From contig NC_013202.1 of the NCBI RefSeq assembly GCF_000023965.1, positions 2,400,001-2,432,000 on the forward strand: 32,000 nt of DNA, given 5' to 3'. Both the position numbers and the translations under genes were made by a program. This DNA is from Halomicrobium mukohataei DSM 12286. GTDB lineage: Archaea; Halobacteriota; Halobacteria; Halobacteriales; Haloarculaceae. Below are positions 15,136 to 24,832 of this stretch, in pieces; the stretch's first letter is position 1; each line of letters starts with the position of its first letter. The notes under the pieces were generated by a model, which saw only the letters and a program-made list of their open reading frames with translations, was not told the DNA's origin and did not search any database.

Positions 15136-17688
15136 CTACTGGTACGAGTCGAGCGTCGCTGCGATCTGCTCGTCGATCGATTCCAGCGTCTCGGCCGTCG
15201 AGTCTGTGGTATCCAGCCGTTCGACGCCCTCCTCGATAATCGTCCGAACCGTGTCGAACGGGCCGATCTGCGCCCCACGGGTCCCGATCGTGTCGGTCGT
15301 TTCCATCAGCTGGTCCAGCGCCGTCGCGTAGTGGGTGTTCTCCTCGAACCAGCCCGCCGCCCGTAGTTCCGGAATCGCCCCTTCGTGAACCGGGAAGTAG
15401 CCGGTCTCGCGGTGCCAGCGCTGCTGTTGTGCGGGCTGGGTGAGCCAGGTCAGGAACTCGCTGACCGCGTCGTGGACGGCCGTCGAGTGGTCGTCCCCGA
15501 CCCACAGCGACGCCCCGCCGACCAGCACGCCCGTCCTGTCGTCGAGCACCGGGAATCGTCCCGTCTCGACCGGGAACGCCGCGCCCGACTCGATCTCCGT
15601 CAGCGAGGAGGTCGATCCGATGAGCATCGCGGCGTCTCCGTCGTGGAACGCGGTTCTGGCAGCGCCTCGTGCCTCGATGCCGGGGTCGTAGTGATACCCC
15701 GATTCGGACATGTCGCGCCACCACTCGAACAGCGACTGGCCGAACGAACCGCTGAGGTTCGCCGTCGTCGGCCGTCCGGCGCGTCCGTTGTCGTTGTCGA
15801 CCAACGGCTCGTCCGCCTCCGCGAACCACTGTTCGACGAACCACGAGTAGTTCGCGAACGTGATGCCGTACTCGGAGACGCCAGCGTCGACGATGCGCTC
15901 GGAGGCGTCACGAACCGCCGAGAGCGTCTCCGGCGGCCGGTCGGGATCGAGCCCCGCGCGCTCGAACGCGTCGCGGTTGTACACCAGGACCGGATTCGAG
16001 GCGTTGAACGGGAGCGAGTGCAACGTCCCGTCGAACCGGTAGTAGTTCGCCACGGGATCGAGGAGCGAGTCGACGTGTTCCTGAGAGAGCAGCCGTTCGA
16101 CCGGCACGAACTGGCCGCTGTCGCGCGCTCGCGTGGTCCCGATCTCGAAGATCTGGGCGATCGCCGGCGGCGATCCGTTCTCGGCCGCCGTCAGTGCCGC
16201 GTCGAGGGTCCCGCGATAGCTCCCCTTCGACGACAGCGAGATCACGACGCCGTCTGTCTGGGCCTCGAACTCGCGGGCCAGTTCCTCCAGCAACAGCCCC
16301 TTCTCGCCGCCCATCGCGTGCCAGAACTCCACGACGGTCGCGTCTTCGTCCGCGGTCTCGTCGGCGAGTTCGTAGTCGTCGAACGTCGATTCGAGCGTCC
16401 CAGCCCGCTCGGACAGCGTCGAGACGCGCGTCGACACCTCGGCCAGCTCGGTCGTCTGTGTCCGGGCTGCCGTCGCCGCGACCTCGGCGTCGGAGGCCGT
16501 GTCGTCACTGATGTCGCCGACGGCGTTGACCATCGACACGATCTCCTGGGTGGACTCCGCCTGACTGTCGGTGGCCTCGTCGATCTCCTGGATGCTCGTG
16601 TCGATCTCCTCGACCTGTCCGACGACGCGTTCGAGACCGTCGGTCACCGATTCGACGGTGTCGTGTGTCCGGTCGACGCTCTCGCTCGTCTCGTGGACGG
16701 TCTCGACGGTCGCTTCGGCCTGTTCGTGGACTCGGTCGATGGAGTCCTCGATCTCCGCCGTCGCTCGCTTCGTCTCGCTGGCGAGCTCTTTGACCTCGCT
16801 GGCCACGACGCCAAAGCCCTCGCCGTCCTCGCCCACGCGGGCGGCCTCGATGTTCGCGTTCAGCGCGAGAACGTTGGTCTGGTCGGCAACGTCGGTGATG
16901 AACTCGACGATGTCTTCGATCTCGGTCAGGAGGTCGTTGAGCCGCTCTATCTGCTCGACGGTTTCCGAGGAGCGCGCCGCGAGGCGTTCGAGTTCGGTCC
17001 TCGCCTCCGTCGCCGAGGACCGGGCCTGATCGCCCTGGGCCGCGGCGTCGCCGGTCGCCGTCGCGACCTCGTTGGCCGAGGCCGCGATCTCCTCGATCGT
17101 CGCCGAGAGGGCCTCCATCTCGTCGGCGATGTCGTTGATCCGCTCGTTCTGTCGGCGGGAGCCCGACGAGATGCCGTCGACCGCGTCGCTCACCTCGCGG
17201 CTCGCACCTTTCACGGAGTCGAGACGCTCGTCGACCTGCTCGGTCGACGACGCCACCTGCCCGCCGAACACGGAGACCGTCTCGACGGTGTCGCGCCACT
17301 CGGCGAGGAGATCCCGGTACGCACTGTACAGCTCCGAGACCGCCGCTACGTCGGCGCCTCCGGGCGTCTCCGTCAGGTCTCCCTCGGCGTTGGCCGCGAC
17401 CACCGAACTCAGGTCCTCGATCGCGCGCTCCAGCGTCTCCGCTCGTTCGCGTTCCGCTGTCAGGGTCTCCCGGACCCGTTCGCGGTCCTCGATGGCTTCG
17501 TCACGCTCCGCGCGTGCCTGGGAGAGTTGCCGTTCGAGCTCCTGTCTCGTTCGTGCCTGCTCGTCCTCTCCGACCGCCTCGCCGCCGTCCGAGCGCGTCT
17601 CCGCTTCGGTCGAACTCGTCGATCGCCAGTCAAACATCGGTAACGCGCCTCCCGATCGTGCTGAACATACGATACGTGCCAGATCCAT
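15136..17688 (-). CDS. Soluble MCP/Htr signalling protein fused to a C-terminal UgpB-like (family-1 solute-binding, sn-glycerol-3-phosphate type) domain
   Basis: 850 aa. The N-terminal half is coiled coil plus an MCP domain with an intact tip ([38 protein letters not shown]). The C-terminal 401 aa (nt 15139..16341) align by eye to E. coli UgpB: [57 protein letters not shown] and [11 protein letters not shown] see no hydrophobic helix or signal peptide. The alternative start ATG 17637 (MFDWRS) is preceded by GGGAGG. Confidence 0.85.
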   Translation of the reverse strand: MDLARIVCSARSGGALPMFDWRSTSSTEAETRSDGGEAVGEDEQARTRQELERQLSQARAERDEAIEDRERVRETLTAERERAETLERAIEDLSSVVAANAEGDLTETPGGADVAAVSELYSAYRDLLAEWRDTVETVSVFGGQVASSTEQVDERLDSVKGASREVSDAVDGISSGSRRQNERINDIADEMEALSATIEEIAASANEVATATGDAAAQGDQARSSATEARTELERLAARSSETVEQIERLNDLLTEIEDIVEFITDVADQTNVLALNANIEAARVGEDGEGFGVVASEVKELASETKRATAEIEDSIDRVHEQAEATVETVHETSESVDRTHDTVESVTDGLERVVGQVEEIDTSIQEIDEATDSQAESTQEIVSMVNAVGDISDDTASDAEVAATAARTQTTELAEVSTRVSTLSERAGTLESTFDDYELADETADEDATVVEFWHAMGGEKGLLLEELAREFEAQTDGVVISLSSKGSYRGTLDAALTAAENGSPPAIAQIFEIGTTRARDSGQFVPVERLLSQEHVDSLLDPVANYYRFDGTLHSLPFNASNPVLVYNRDAFERAGLDPDRPPETLSAVRDASERIVDAGVSEYGITFANYSWFVEQWFAEADEPLVDNDNGRAGRPTTANLSGSFGQSLFEWWRDMSESGYHYDPGIEARGAARTAFHDGDAAMLIGSTSSLTEIESGAAFPVETGRFPVLDDRTGVLVGGASLWVGDDHSTAVHDAVSEFLTWLTQPAQQQRWHRETGYFPVHEGAIPELRAAGWFEENTHYATALDQLMETTDTIGTRGAQIGPFDTVRTIIEEGVERLDTTDSTAETLESIDEQIAATLDSYQ

Positions 17689-17944
17689 ACCGTACGTATA
17701 TAATAGTTATTGGTGGATGTATAAGGTAGATAAAGATGCTGCATCGGTGTCTAAAGCGGTGATACAGCCCGATTTTCAGGATAGCTGTCCCAGTCGGCAG
17801 CGCCGAGCGCCAGTGCGACAGTCGGCGTCGGCGAGCATCGTCCTCGTGACGCGCCGAAATCGTGTTAACGATCACTAGTTTTACTGTCGGTGTCCGTTCG
17901 TCGGTGAAGTAAAGTGGGTGGCGACCTAACGACTCCGAGTATAG

Positions 17945-19663
17945 ATGGCATCGACACCACGAATCGTCGTCGTCGGAGGTGGCTCGACCGGCGCGGGCGT
18001 CGCGCGAGACCTCGCGATGCGCGGGGCCGACGTGACCCTCGTCGAGCAGGGGAACCTCACACACGGCACGACGGGGCGCATGCACGGACTGCTCCACAGC
18101 GGCGGCCGGTACGCGGTCTCCGACCAGAAGAGCGCACGCGAGTGTATCGAAGAGAATCGCGTGTTACGCGACATCGCGAGCCACTGCGTCGAGATGACCG
18201 GTGGCATGTTCGTCAAGCGTCCGGAAGACTCCGAATCGTACTTCGAAGAGAAACTACAGGGGTGTGCCGACTGCGACATCCCCGCGGAGGTGATCTCGGG
18301 CGAACGCGCACGCGAACGCGAGCCCCACCTCGCGACGGACGTCGACAAGGCGATCTCCGTCCCCGACGGCGCGGTCGATCCGTTCCGGCTCGTCGTCGCC
18401 AACGCCGCCAGCGCACAGGAACACGGTGCCCGGATCGAGACCCACTCGAAGGTCACCGATCTGCTCGTCGAGAGCGGCGAGATCGTCGGCGTCGAGGTCG
18501 AACACGGGGCCAAGTCCGGCGATCGCGTCCACGGCGTCCAGTCGGGTCGAGAGACGATCCGGGCCGACCACGTCGTCAACGCGACCGGCGCGTGGGCCGG
18601 CCGGATCGGCGACATGGCCGACCTCGACGTGGCCGTACGGCCCTCGAAGGGCGTCATGACGATCATGAACGTCCGGCAGGTCGACACCGTCATCAACCGC
18701 TGTCGGCCCAAGGGCGACGCGGACATCATCGTTCCTCACGAGACGACGGCGATACTGGGGACGACCGACGAGGAGGTCGAGGACCCGGAGGACTACCCCG
18801 AAGAGCAGTGGGAGGTCGACCAGATGATCGAGACGCTCTCGGAACTGGTGCCGATGCTCGCCGACGCGCGCTCGATCCGGTCGTTCTGGGGCGTGCGCCC
18901 GCTGTACGAACCGCCGGAAGTGGGCAGCGAAGATCCGACCGACATCACGCGGGACTACTTCCTGCTGGACCACGAGGAACGCGACGGCCTGCCGGGCATG
19001 ACGACCATCGTCGGCGGGAAGTTCACGACCTACCGGATGATGGGCGAGGAGATCGCCGACCACGTCGTCTCCAAGTTCGGGATGGACGCCGACTGCCGGA
19101 CCGCGGACGTGCCGCTGCCCGGTAGCGAGGAGTTTTCGGTGCTGCGAGACTACATGGACGAGTTCGGCCTGCGCTCGCCGATCGGCCGGCGCAGCGTCGA
19201 GCGACTGGGATCGCGGGCCGAGGAGGTGCTCGGCACCGGCGAGCCGAACCCGGTGCTGTGCAACTGCGAGGGCGTCACGCGCGCGGAAGTACGGGACGCG
19301 ATCTCCCAGGCCGGCGCGGACCTCAACGGGACCCGCATCCGGACCCGAGCGTCGATGGGCAACTGCCAGGGCGGCTTCTGCATCCATCGTCTGGCCGGCG
19401 AGCTCCACCCCGAGTTCGACGAGGCGACGGTTCGAGACTCCTGGGACGACCTGCTACAGGAACGGTGGAAGGGACAGCGCCACGCCCTCTGGGGGAACCA
19501 GCTCCAGCAGGCGATGATCAACTACGCGCTGCACGCGACGACGCAGAACCGCGACCACGACCCGGCGACCCAGCCCGTCGACTTCGCCGCCTTCGACAGC
19601 GGACCGGGCTCGGATCGTCGCCTGGGGTCGGACACCGTCGGGGAGGCCGCAGATGGCGATTGA
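17945..19663 (+). CDS. glpA: Anaerobic-type glycerol-3-phosphate dehydrogenase subunit A
   Basis: 572 aa. The FAD fold is [29 protein letters not shown]-terminal BFD-like 2Fe-2S segment reads [11 protein letters not shown]...CQGGFC. Confidence 0.9.
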   Translation: MASTPRIVVVGGGSTGAGVARDLAMRGADVTLVEQGNLTHGTTGRMHGLLHSGGRYAVSDQKSARECIEENRVLRDIASHCVEMTGGMFVKRPEDSESYFEEKLQGCADCDIPAEVISGERAREREPHLATDVDKAISVPDGAVDPFRLVVANAASAQEHGARIETHSKVTDLLVESGEIVGVEVEHGAKSGDRVHGVQSGRETIRADHVVNATGAWAGRIGDMADLDVAVRPSKGVMTIMNVRQVDTVINRCRPKGDADIIVPHETTAILGTTDEEVEDPEDYPEEQWEVDQMIETLSELVPMLADARSIRSFWGVRPLYEPPEVGSEDPTDITRDYFLLDHEERDGLPGMTTIVGGKFTTYRMMGEEIADHVVSKFGMDADCRTADVPLPGSEEFSVLRDYMDEFGLRSPIGRRSVERLGSRAEEVLGTGEPNPVLCNCEGVTRAEVRDAISQAGADLNGTRIRTRASMGNCQGGFCIHRLAGELHPEFDEATVRDSWDDLLQERWKGQRHALWGNQLQQAMINYALHATTQNRDHDPATQPVDFAAFDSGPGSDRRLGSDTVGEAADGD

Positions 19664-20921
19664 TTCGGAGGTGCTGGTCGTCGGCGGCGGGCTCGCGGGC
19701 GTGACGAGCGCGGTCGCGGCCGCCCGCGCGGGTGCGGACGTGCGCCTGGTCTCCTACAAGCAGAGCTCGCTCCGGCAGGCCTCCGGGCTGATCGACGTGC
19801 TCGGCTACGTCGGCGACGAGGTCGTCGTCGATCCGTACGACGCGATTCCGGAGCTCCACGAAGACCACCCCTACCGTCTCGTGGGCGTCGAGACGGTTCG
19901 GGACGCGATGGCGCTGTTCGACGAGACCGTCGACGGCTACCACGGCGACCACACCGAGACCAACGCACTGCTCCCGACCCACGGCGGGACGGTCAAGCCG
20001 ACCGCGCGCTACCCCGCCGGAGCCGCCGAGGGCGTCGCCAGCGACGACCGGGACACGCTCCTTGTCGGCTTCGAGCGGCTGGTCGACTTCGACGCACCGC
20101 TCGCCGCGAGTCACGTCGAGGCCGCGGGCGCGCCGTTCTCGGCCGACGGCGTGACGATCACGTTCCCGGGAGATCTCCAGGCCGACGCCAAGGTCACTCG
20201 GTACGCGAAGCTGCTCGACCAGAACAGTCCCGTCGCAGTCGACGGCCAGAAGGTCGACACCCGGACCGCGCTCGCCGAACGGATCGCCCCCCACCTCGAC
20301 GGCCACGAACGCGTCGGCTTCCCGGCGGTGCTGGGCGACGATCACACCGACGCGGTGCGGGCGACGCTGGCCGAGGAGCTCGGGGTGGCCGTCTTCGAAG
20401 TCCCGATGGGGCCGCCCTCGCTGCCGGGACTGCGCCTCGAAGACCGTCTCTTCGAGGCGCTCGACCGGTCCGGCACGCGCTACGAGGTCGGCAACCCCGT
20501 CGTCGACTACGAGGGCGAGGATCGGATCGAACGCGTGGTCGTCGAACGGAACGGCTCTCGGGTCCCCTACAGCGCCGACCAGTACGTCCTCGCGACGGGC
20601 GGGCTGGTCAGCAAGGGCGTCGAGAGCGACCGCGAGGGCGTTCGAGAGCCGATCTTCGACTGTCACGTCCCACATCCGAAAGACCGGTACGACTGGTTCG
20701 AAGACGGCGTGTTCGACGACCACGCGTTCGCGCGCTTCGGCGTCGACGTTGGGAGCGACTTGCGGCCACGTGCGGCCGGCGGAAGCGTGGAGTTCGAGAA
20801 CCTCAGAGCGGCTGGGGCGACGATCGGCGGCTACGACTTCGCGGCCGAGAAGTCCGGCAGCGGCGTCTCGATCGCGACCGGCTACGCGGCCGGGAGAGCG
20901 GCGACGGAGGATCTGACATGA
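19653..20921 (+). CDS. glpB: Glycerol-3-phosphate dehydrogenase subunit B
   Basis: 422 aa. It has the dinucleotide fold [15 protein letters not shown]. It overlaps the glpA stop and its own stop overlaps the glpC start. Confidence 0.85.
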   Translation: MAIDSEVLVVGGGLAGVTSAVAAARAGADVRLVSYKQSSLRQASGLIDVLGYVGDEVVVDPYDAIPELHEDHPYRLVGVETVRDAMALFDETVDGYHGDHTETNALLPTHGGTVKPTARYPAGAAEGVASDDRDTLLVGFERLVDFDAPLAASHVEAAGAPFSADGVTITFPGDLQADAKVTRYAKLLDQNSPVAVDGQKVDTRTALAERIAPHLDGHERVGFPAVLGDDHTDAVRATLAEELGVAVFEVPMGPPSLPGLRLEDRLFEALDRSGTRYEVGNPVVDYEGEDRIERVVVERNGSRVPYSADQYVLATGGLVSKGVESDREGVREPIFDCHVPHPKDRYDWFEDGVFDDHAFARFGVDVGSDLRPRAAGGSVEFENLRAAGATIGGYDFAAEKSGSGVSIATGYAAGRAATEDLT

Positions 20922-22303
20922 GTGATTCAGCTGACACACCGACGGAGGAGTCGTTCGAACCGACGGAACCGAACACGGGCGAGGAGTTCGAGCCGGTCCA
21001 GGTGTTCCCCGACGAGGAGACGATGGACCTGCGGCCCGGCGCGGACTCCTGTACGAAGTGTAGTACCTGCGATACGAACTGTCCGGTCGCGGAAGTCGAC
21101 GACGAGTTCCCGGGGCCGAAGTTCCAGGGACCGGAGCAGTGGCGACTCAAGCAGACCGACGACGGCGACGAGTTCGCCATCGACGACTCCATCATGGACT
21201 GCTCGAACTGCATGCGCTGTGACGACGCCTGTCCCTCGGGTGTCCCGCTCAGCCAGATGCACAACGAGGCCCGCGGCGAGTACGTCGACGAGCAGATGAG
21301 CAAGCTCTCGACGGAGTACTGGCGCAACCGGATCCTCGCCAACTACCGCACGTCCGCGTGGCTGGCGAGCAAGGTCCCCCGGATCGCCAACGTCGCGATG
21401 AACTTCGGGCCGGCTCGCTGGGTCATGGAGAAGACCCTCGGTGTCACGAGCGAGCGGGAGTTCCCCGCCTTCGCGACGGAGACGTTCTCCGAGTGGTGGG
21501 CCGCCCAGGGCGGCGCTGCCGGTTCCCGCGAGCGCGCTCGCGACGCCCGCGAACGCCGCGGCGAACCCCTCGACGCCGACAAGAAGGTCGCGTACTTCCA
21601 CGGCTGTTACTCCGAGTACAACACCCCCGAGGTCGCGCGGGCCCTCGTTCGCGTGTACGAGCACTTCGGCTACGAGATCGTCGTGCCCGAGCAGGGCTGT
21701 TCGGGAACGCCGATGTTCGCAAACGGGATGCTCGACGACGCCCGCCGCCACGCCGAGGTCAACGTCTCTTCGATGGCCGATCTGGTCGAGGAGGGGTACG
21801 ACGCCATCGCCTCCTGTACGTCGTGCTCGCTGGCGCTGCGACAGGAGTATCCCGAGCTGTTCGACATCGACGGCATCGAAGACGTGGCCGAGAACACCTT
21901 CGAGTCCATCGAGTACCTCCGGATCCACGAAGACGTGCGCGGTGCGCTCCAGGACGCCGAGATCGGGGACGAACTCGCCGAAGAGTTCGCCTACCACGCG
22001 CCGTGTCACGCCCGCAACCAGGGGCTCGAACGGCAGGCCGTCGAGCTGTTCCGCGATCTCGACGGCGTCGCAGTCGAGGACGTGGGCGACTCCTGTTCGG
22101 GCATCTCGGGCACCTACGGCTGGAAAGACGAGAAGTACGAGAAGTCGATGGCCATCGGTGAAGAGATGTTCGACCACATGGAGGACGTCGAGAGCACCAC
22201 CGGTATGACCGAGTGTCCCACCTGCTCGATGCAGATGGAACACGGTACTGGCTACGACATCCGACACCCGATCGAGCTGGTCGCGGCGGCGCTGGTCGAG
22301 TGA
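20918..22303 (+). CDS. glpC: Glycerol-3-phosphate dehydrogenase subunit C (Fe-S / CCG-domain protein)
   Basis: 461 aa. Two ferredoxin-type clusters are present (CTKCSTCDTNCP, CSNCMRCDDACP), plus two Cys-rich CCG-like repeats. The stop TGA 22301..22303 doubles as the left target duplication of element B1. Confidence 0.9.
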   Translation: MSDSADTPTEESFEPTEPNTGEEFEPVQVFPDEETMDLRPGADSCTKCSTCDTNCPVAEVDDEFPGPKFQGPEQWRLKQTDDGDEFAIDDSIMDCSNCMRCDDACPSGVPLSQMHNEARGEYVDEQMSKLSTEYWRNRILANYRTSAWLASKVPRIANVAMNFGPARWVMEKTLGVTSEREFPAFATETFSEWWAAQGGAAGSRERARDARERRGEPLDADKKVAYFHGCYSEYNTPEVARALVRVYEHFGYEIVVPEQGCSGTPMFANGMLDDARRHAEVNVSSMADLVEEGYDAIASCTSCSLALRQEYPELFDIDGIEDVAENTFESIEYLRIHEDVRGALQDAEIGDELAEEFAYHAPCHARNQGLERQAVELFRDLDGVAVEDVGDSCSGISGTYGWKDEKYEKSMAIGEEMFDHMEDVESTTGMTECPTCSMQMEHGTGYDIRHPIELVAAALVE

Positions 22304-22383
22304 TACGGACGGTTGTCGGCGTTTACCCAGTCGACCGCACGACGGCGTACGGTCGATCTGGTAACGACCTACAACTTTCCGTA
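22304..22383. mobile_element. Family-B 80-bp palindromic MITE-like element, copy B1
   Basis: TACGGACGGTTGTCGGCGTTTACCCAGTCGACCGCACGACGGCGTACGGTCGATCTGGTAACGACCTACAACTTTCCGTA. Perfect TGA / TGA flanks. Confidence 0.85.
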
Positions 22384-22392
22384 TGAGACGGC

Positions 22393-22398
22393 AAAAAA
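22393..22398 (-). terminator. Oligo-T tract (T6 on the minus strand) after the B2 hairpin; candidate usp terminator
   Basis: The plus strand reads caaaaaag. On the minus strand this is a U-run just downstream of the usp stop and the B2 hairpin. Oligo-U tracts are the known archaeal termination signal. Confidence 0.35.
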
Positions 22399-22419
22399 GC
22401 GAGACGACGCCCGGCCTCA

Positions 22420-22498
22420 TACGGATTATTGTAGCGATTTACCGGAGATCGTCTACTCCGTGGCGACGATCACCGGTAAGCAACTACAATAAACCGTA
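22420..22498. mobile_element. Family-B-related 79-bp hairpin element, copy B2 (same termini, different interior)
   Basis: TACGGATTATTGTAGCGATTTACCGGAGATCGTC...GACGATCACCGGTAAGCAACTACAATAAACCGTA forms a near-perfect hairpin. Flanks are perfect TCA / TCA within C..G. The right TCA is the usp stop codon. Confidence 0.8.
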
Positions 22499-22951
22499 TC
22501 AGTGGTCGCCCCGGACGAAAGTCACCGGGCACGGCGATTCGAGCAGGACGTGCTGGGCCGTCGACCCGAACACGGCCTTGCCGGTCGGTGACCGACGGCG
22601 ACCGCCGACGATCAGGTGATCGGCCCCTTCCTCGGTCGCGAGGTCGACGATCCGTGCGCCGTGTTCGCCGATCCGACCGGTGATCCGGTAGTCGATCTTC
22701 GCGTCCTCCAGCGAGTCCTTGACCTCACGGACGATCGAGAGTCGGCTCGTCACCTCGTCGACGTCCGCGTCGGCCGGATCGCTGAAGTCGAGTCGTTCGG
22801 TCGCGTTGTCGTACTCTTCTGGGGTGAACACGTGAGACAGGATCACCGACGCGCCGGTGGCTCCGGCGATGTCGATGACCGTCTCGGTGAGTTCGTCGAT
22901 GCGTTCGCTGTCGGTGTGTCCGAGTGCCAGCATGACTGTCTCTATCGCCAT
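22499..22951 (-). CDS. Universal stress protein (UspA family)
   Basis: The start is internal ATG 22951 of track ORF 22499..23140: MAIETVMLALGHTDSE...GADHLIVGGRRRSPTGKAVFGSTAQHVLLESPCPVTFV. A TATA (TTTTTGTA on the minus strand, 22974..22981) lies about 27 nt upstream. Confidence 0.85.
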   Translation of the reverse strand: MAIETVMLALGHTDSERIDELTETVIDIAGATGASVILSHVFTPEEYDNATERLDFSDPADADVDEVTSRLSIVREVKDSLEDAKIDYRITGRIGEHGARIVDLATEEGADHLIVGGRRRSPTGKAVFGSTAQHVLLESPCPVTFVRGDH

Positions 22952-22973
22952 GTCCGTGACATCTATGCCACCG

Positions 22974-22981
22974 TACAAAAA
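22974..22981 (-). promoter_or_regulatory. TATA box for usp, embraced by inverted repeat CCACCG...CGGTGG (22968..22991)
   Basis: Read directly. The spacing to ATG 22951 fits a leaderless transcript. Confidence 0.4.
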
Positions 22982-23191
22982 CGTTCGGTGGCCGGTCCGT
23001 AGTGACGAGGCGACGCGCTGAGACCGACCGAGGAGCGATGTCGTGGCGGATACAGACGGTAGGCCAACGCCACCACGGATGGTCGAACGTAGCTTAATTC
23101 TTACACTTTGTGTCGTGTGACGAACGCTGCGATGTTTCAAAAACTGATACGTCCGAACTCTCGCCCGCGTCCGTGCGAAACGTGATGGAGA

Positions 23192-24832
23192 CTACTGTCG
23201 TCGCCGGCCCACGAGTGCCACACCGAGCGCGACGACCGTGAGAGCCAGGTAGACGACCGGGATCCCCGCCGACGCCGTCGACGGCCGGGCGGCGACGTAA
23301 TCGAGCGCGCCGAGTCCGTTGACGGGGCCGAGGTACCACGCCGTCAGATAGGCGATCTCGAAGCTCTTGGATCGCCCGGTCCAGACGCCCAGCGCGAGCG
23401 CGATCGCCGGCAACGACAGGACGGCCGCGAGCCAGCCCGCGAGCGCACCGTCCATCCCGGAGAGGGCGAACCGGACGGGTGCGGGCACGGACACCAACAG
23501 CCCGATCGCGACGCCGGACGCGTAGGTCGCGCCCAAGAGCCGGATCGGTCTGCTGCCGACGAACACCAGCTCTGTCGTCCGGTATCGCCGTTCGCGCGTC
23601 CCGAGTGCCGACCACGCCGAGAGCGGGAGCAAGAGCGCGATCGGGACGACCAGCGTGCGGACGACACCGATCGGCGCGACGGCAGTCGCGAGAACGGCCA
23701 GCGCGGCCGCAGCGTACCACCACCGAGGGTAGCCACGAACCGCCATCCGGAGTTCGGCCAGCAAGACGGGGACGGGCGAGCCGCCGTCGCGGCTGACGGG
23801 TGCGAGGTCGACATCGACCGACGAATCCGCCGTCGTCGACGGTTCGACCTCGTCGTCCGCGGTCTCTCGATCGGACTCCGAGCGAGAGAGGAACGACCAG
23901 CGCGTCGAGTCGTCGAACCGGTCGAACGCGAGCCAGGCCCCTCCGAGGAATCCACACGCGGCGGCGAGTACCGGGAGACGGGCCACGAGCCGCGGCCCGG
24001 TCCAGGCGATCCCGTCCCACGTGAACTCGGCGAGACCGCCCGGATCGTCCGTGTAGGTGAAGCCGAAGACCGACCCGTCGAAGGCGGGATACTGGGCCGC
24101 GATCGACTGGACCATGCTGTCGCGGACGACCGCGAGTCCGACGAGATCCAGCGGCGCGTCCGGTGCGATCCCGGCTACGATGGCGGTCAGCGCGAGCAGG
24201 AAGTAGATCACGGTACCAGCAGTGCCACGGAGCGGTCCGATCGTCTCGAAACAGACCGCGACCGCCGCGACGACGGCCATGGCCGGGATCGTGATCAGGA
24301 GGAACGGCGAGACCAACGCCCAGGGGTCGAACGCGCCCACGCCGACGAAGAGCGAGGCGACGCCGGTCGAAGCGAGCAGGACCAGCGTCCCGAACGCGAG
24401 GACGGCGACGTTGCTCAGCCACTTCCCCAGGAGGTACTGGCCGTTCGACAGCGACGAGGGCGCGATCAGTTCGCTCACCCCCGTCTCCAGGTCCCTGCCG
24501 ATGCTGCCTTTCACGAGGGAGAATCCGAAGAGGACGAGCACCGTCGTGCCGATGACGGCCGTCATCCCAGCGAGCCAGGCGATCGTCGGGCGGCCGGTGT
24601 AGTCGGTGCCGACCACCAGCGTCGAATCGACGGTGACGATCTTCACGAAGTACGCGACCAACAGCGGCACGACGAGGAACTTCGTCGAGCGCGACCGCTC
24701 TCTGAGGTCCGCCAGTGCCACGGCGACGACCGGTCTGATACTGCCGGCTGTAACTGTTTCGAGATATTCGCGAACCCGTGGTCGCGAAATTTCGTGCAGA
24801 CTTACAGCCGGCAGTATGAGTGGCCCGGTCAT
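23192..24832 (-). CDS. ABC-2-type transporter permease (large, multi-TM) carrying an in-frame family-A element near its 5' end
   Basis: The start ATG 24832 overlaps the ATPase stop (ATGA). The protein is long and hydrophobic (LVVPLLVAYFV, GMTAVIGTTVLVLFGF, VAVLAFGTLVLLA...). Codons 6-32 are encoded by element A5. Confidence 0.75.
   Translation of the reverse strand: MTGPLILPAVSLHEISRPRVREYLETVTAGSIRPVVAVALADLRERSRSTKFLVVPLLVAYFVKIVTVDSTLVVGTDYTGRPTIAWLAGMTAVIGTTVLVLFGFSLVKGSIGRDLETGVSELIAPSSLSNGQYLLGKWLSNVAVLAFGTLVLLASTGVASLFVGVGAFDPWALVSPFLLITIPAMAVVAAVAVCFETIGPLRGTAGTVIYFLLALTAIVAGIAPDAPLDLVGLAVVRDSMVQSIAAQYPAFDGSVFGFTYTDDPGGLAEFTWDGIAWTGPRLVARLPVLAAACGFLGGAWLAFDRFDDSTRWSFLSRSESDRETADDEVEPSTTADSSVDVDLAPVSRDGGSPVPVLLAELRMAVRGYPRWWYAAAALAVLATAVAPIGVVRTLVVPIALLLPLSAWSALGTRERRYRTTELVFVGSRPIRLLGATYASGVAIGLLVSVPAPVRFALSGMDGALAGWLAAVLSLPAIALALGVWTGRSKSFEIAYLTAWYLGPVNGLGALDYVAARPSTASAGIPVVYLALTVVALGVALVGRRRQ
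24739..24816. mobile_element. Family-A element, copy A5, inverted relative to A1-A4, inside the permease CDS
   Basis: About 6 mismatches to the reverse complement of A2 over 78 bp. Perfect TGA / TGA duplications lie at 24736..24738 and 24817..24819 within C..G (CTGAG target). Confidence 0.85.

Noticed and set aside
23146-23190. CTGATACGTCCGAAC... downstream of the ABC-2 permease stop resembles a family-B left terminus.
   Set aside because: I found no matching right terminus or hairpin partner. The similarity is limited to about 10 nt.
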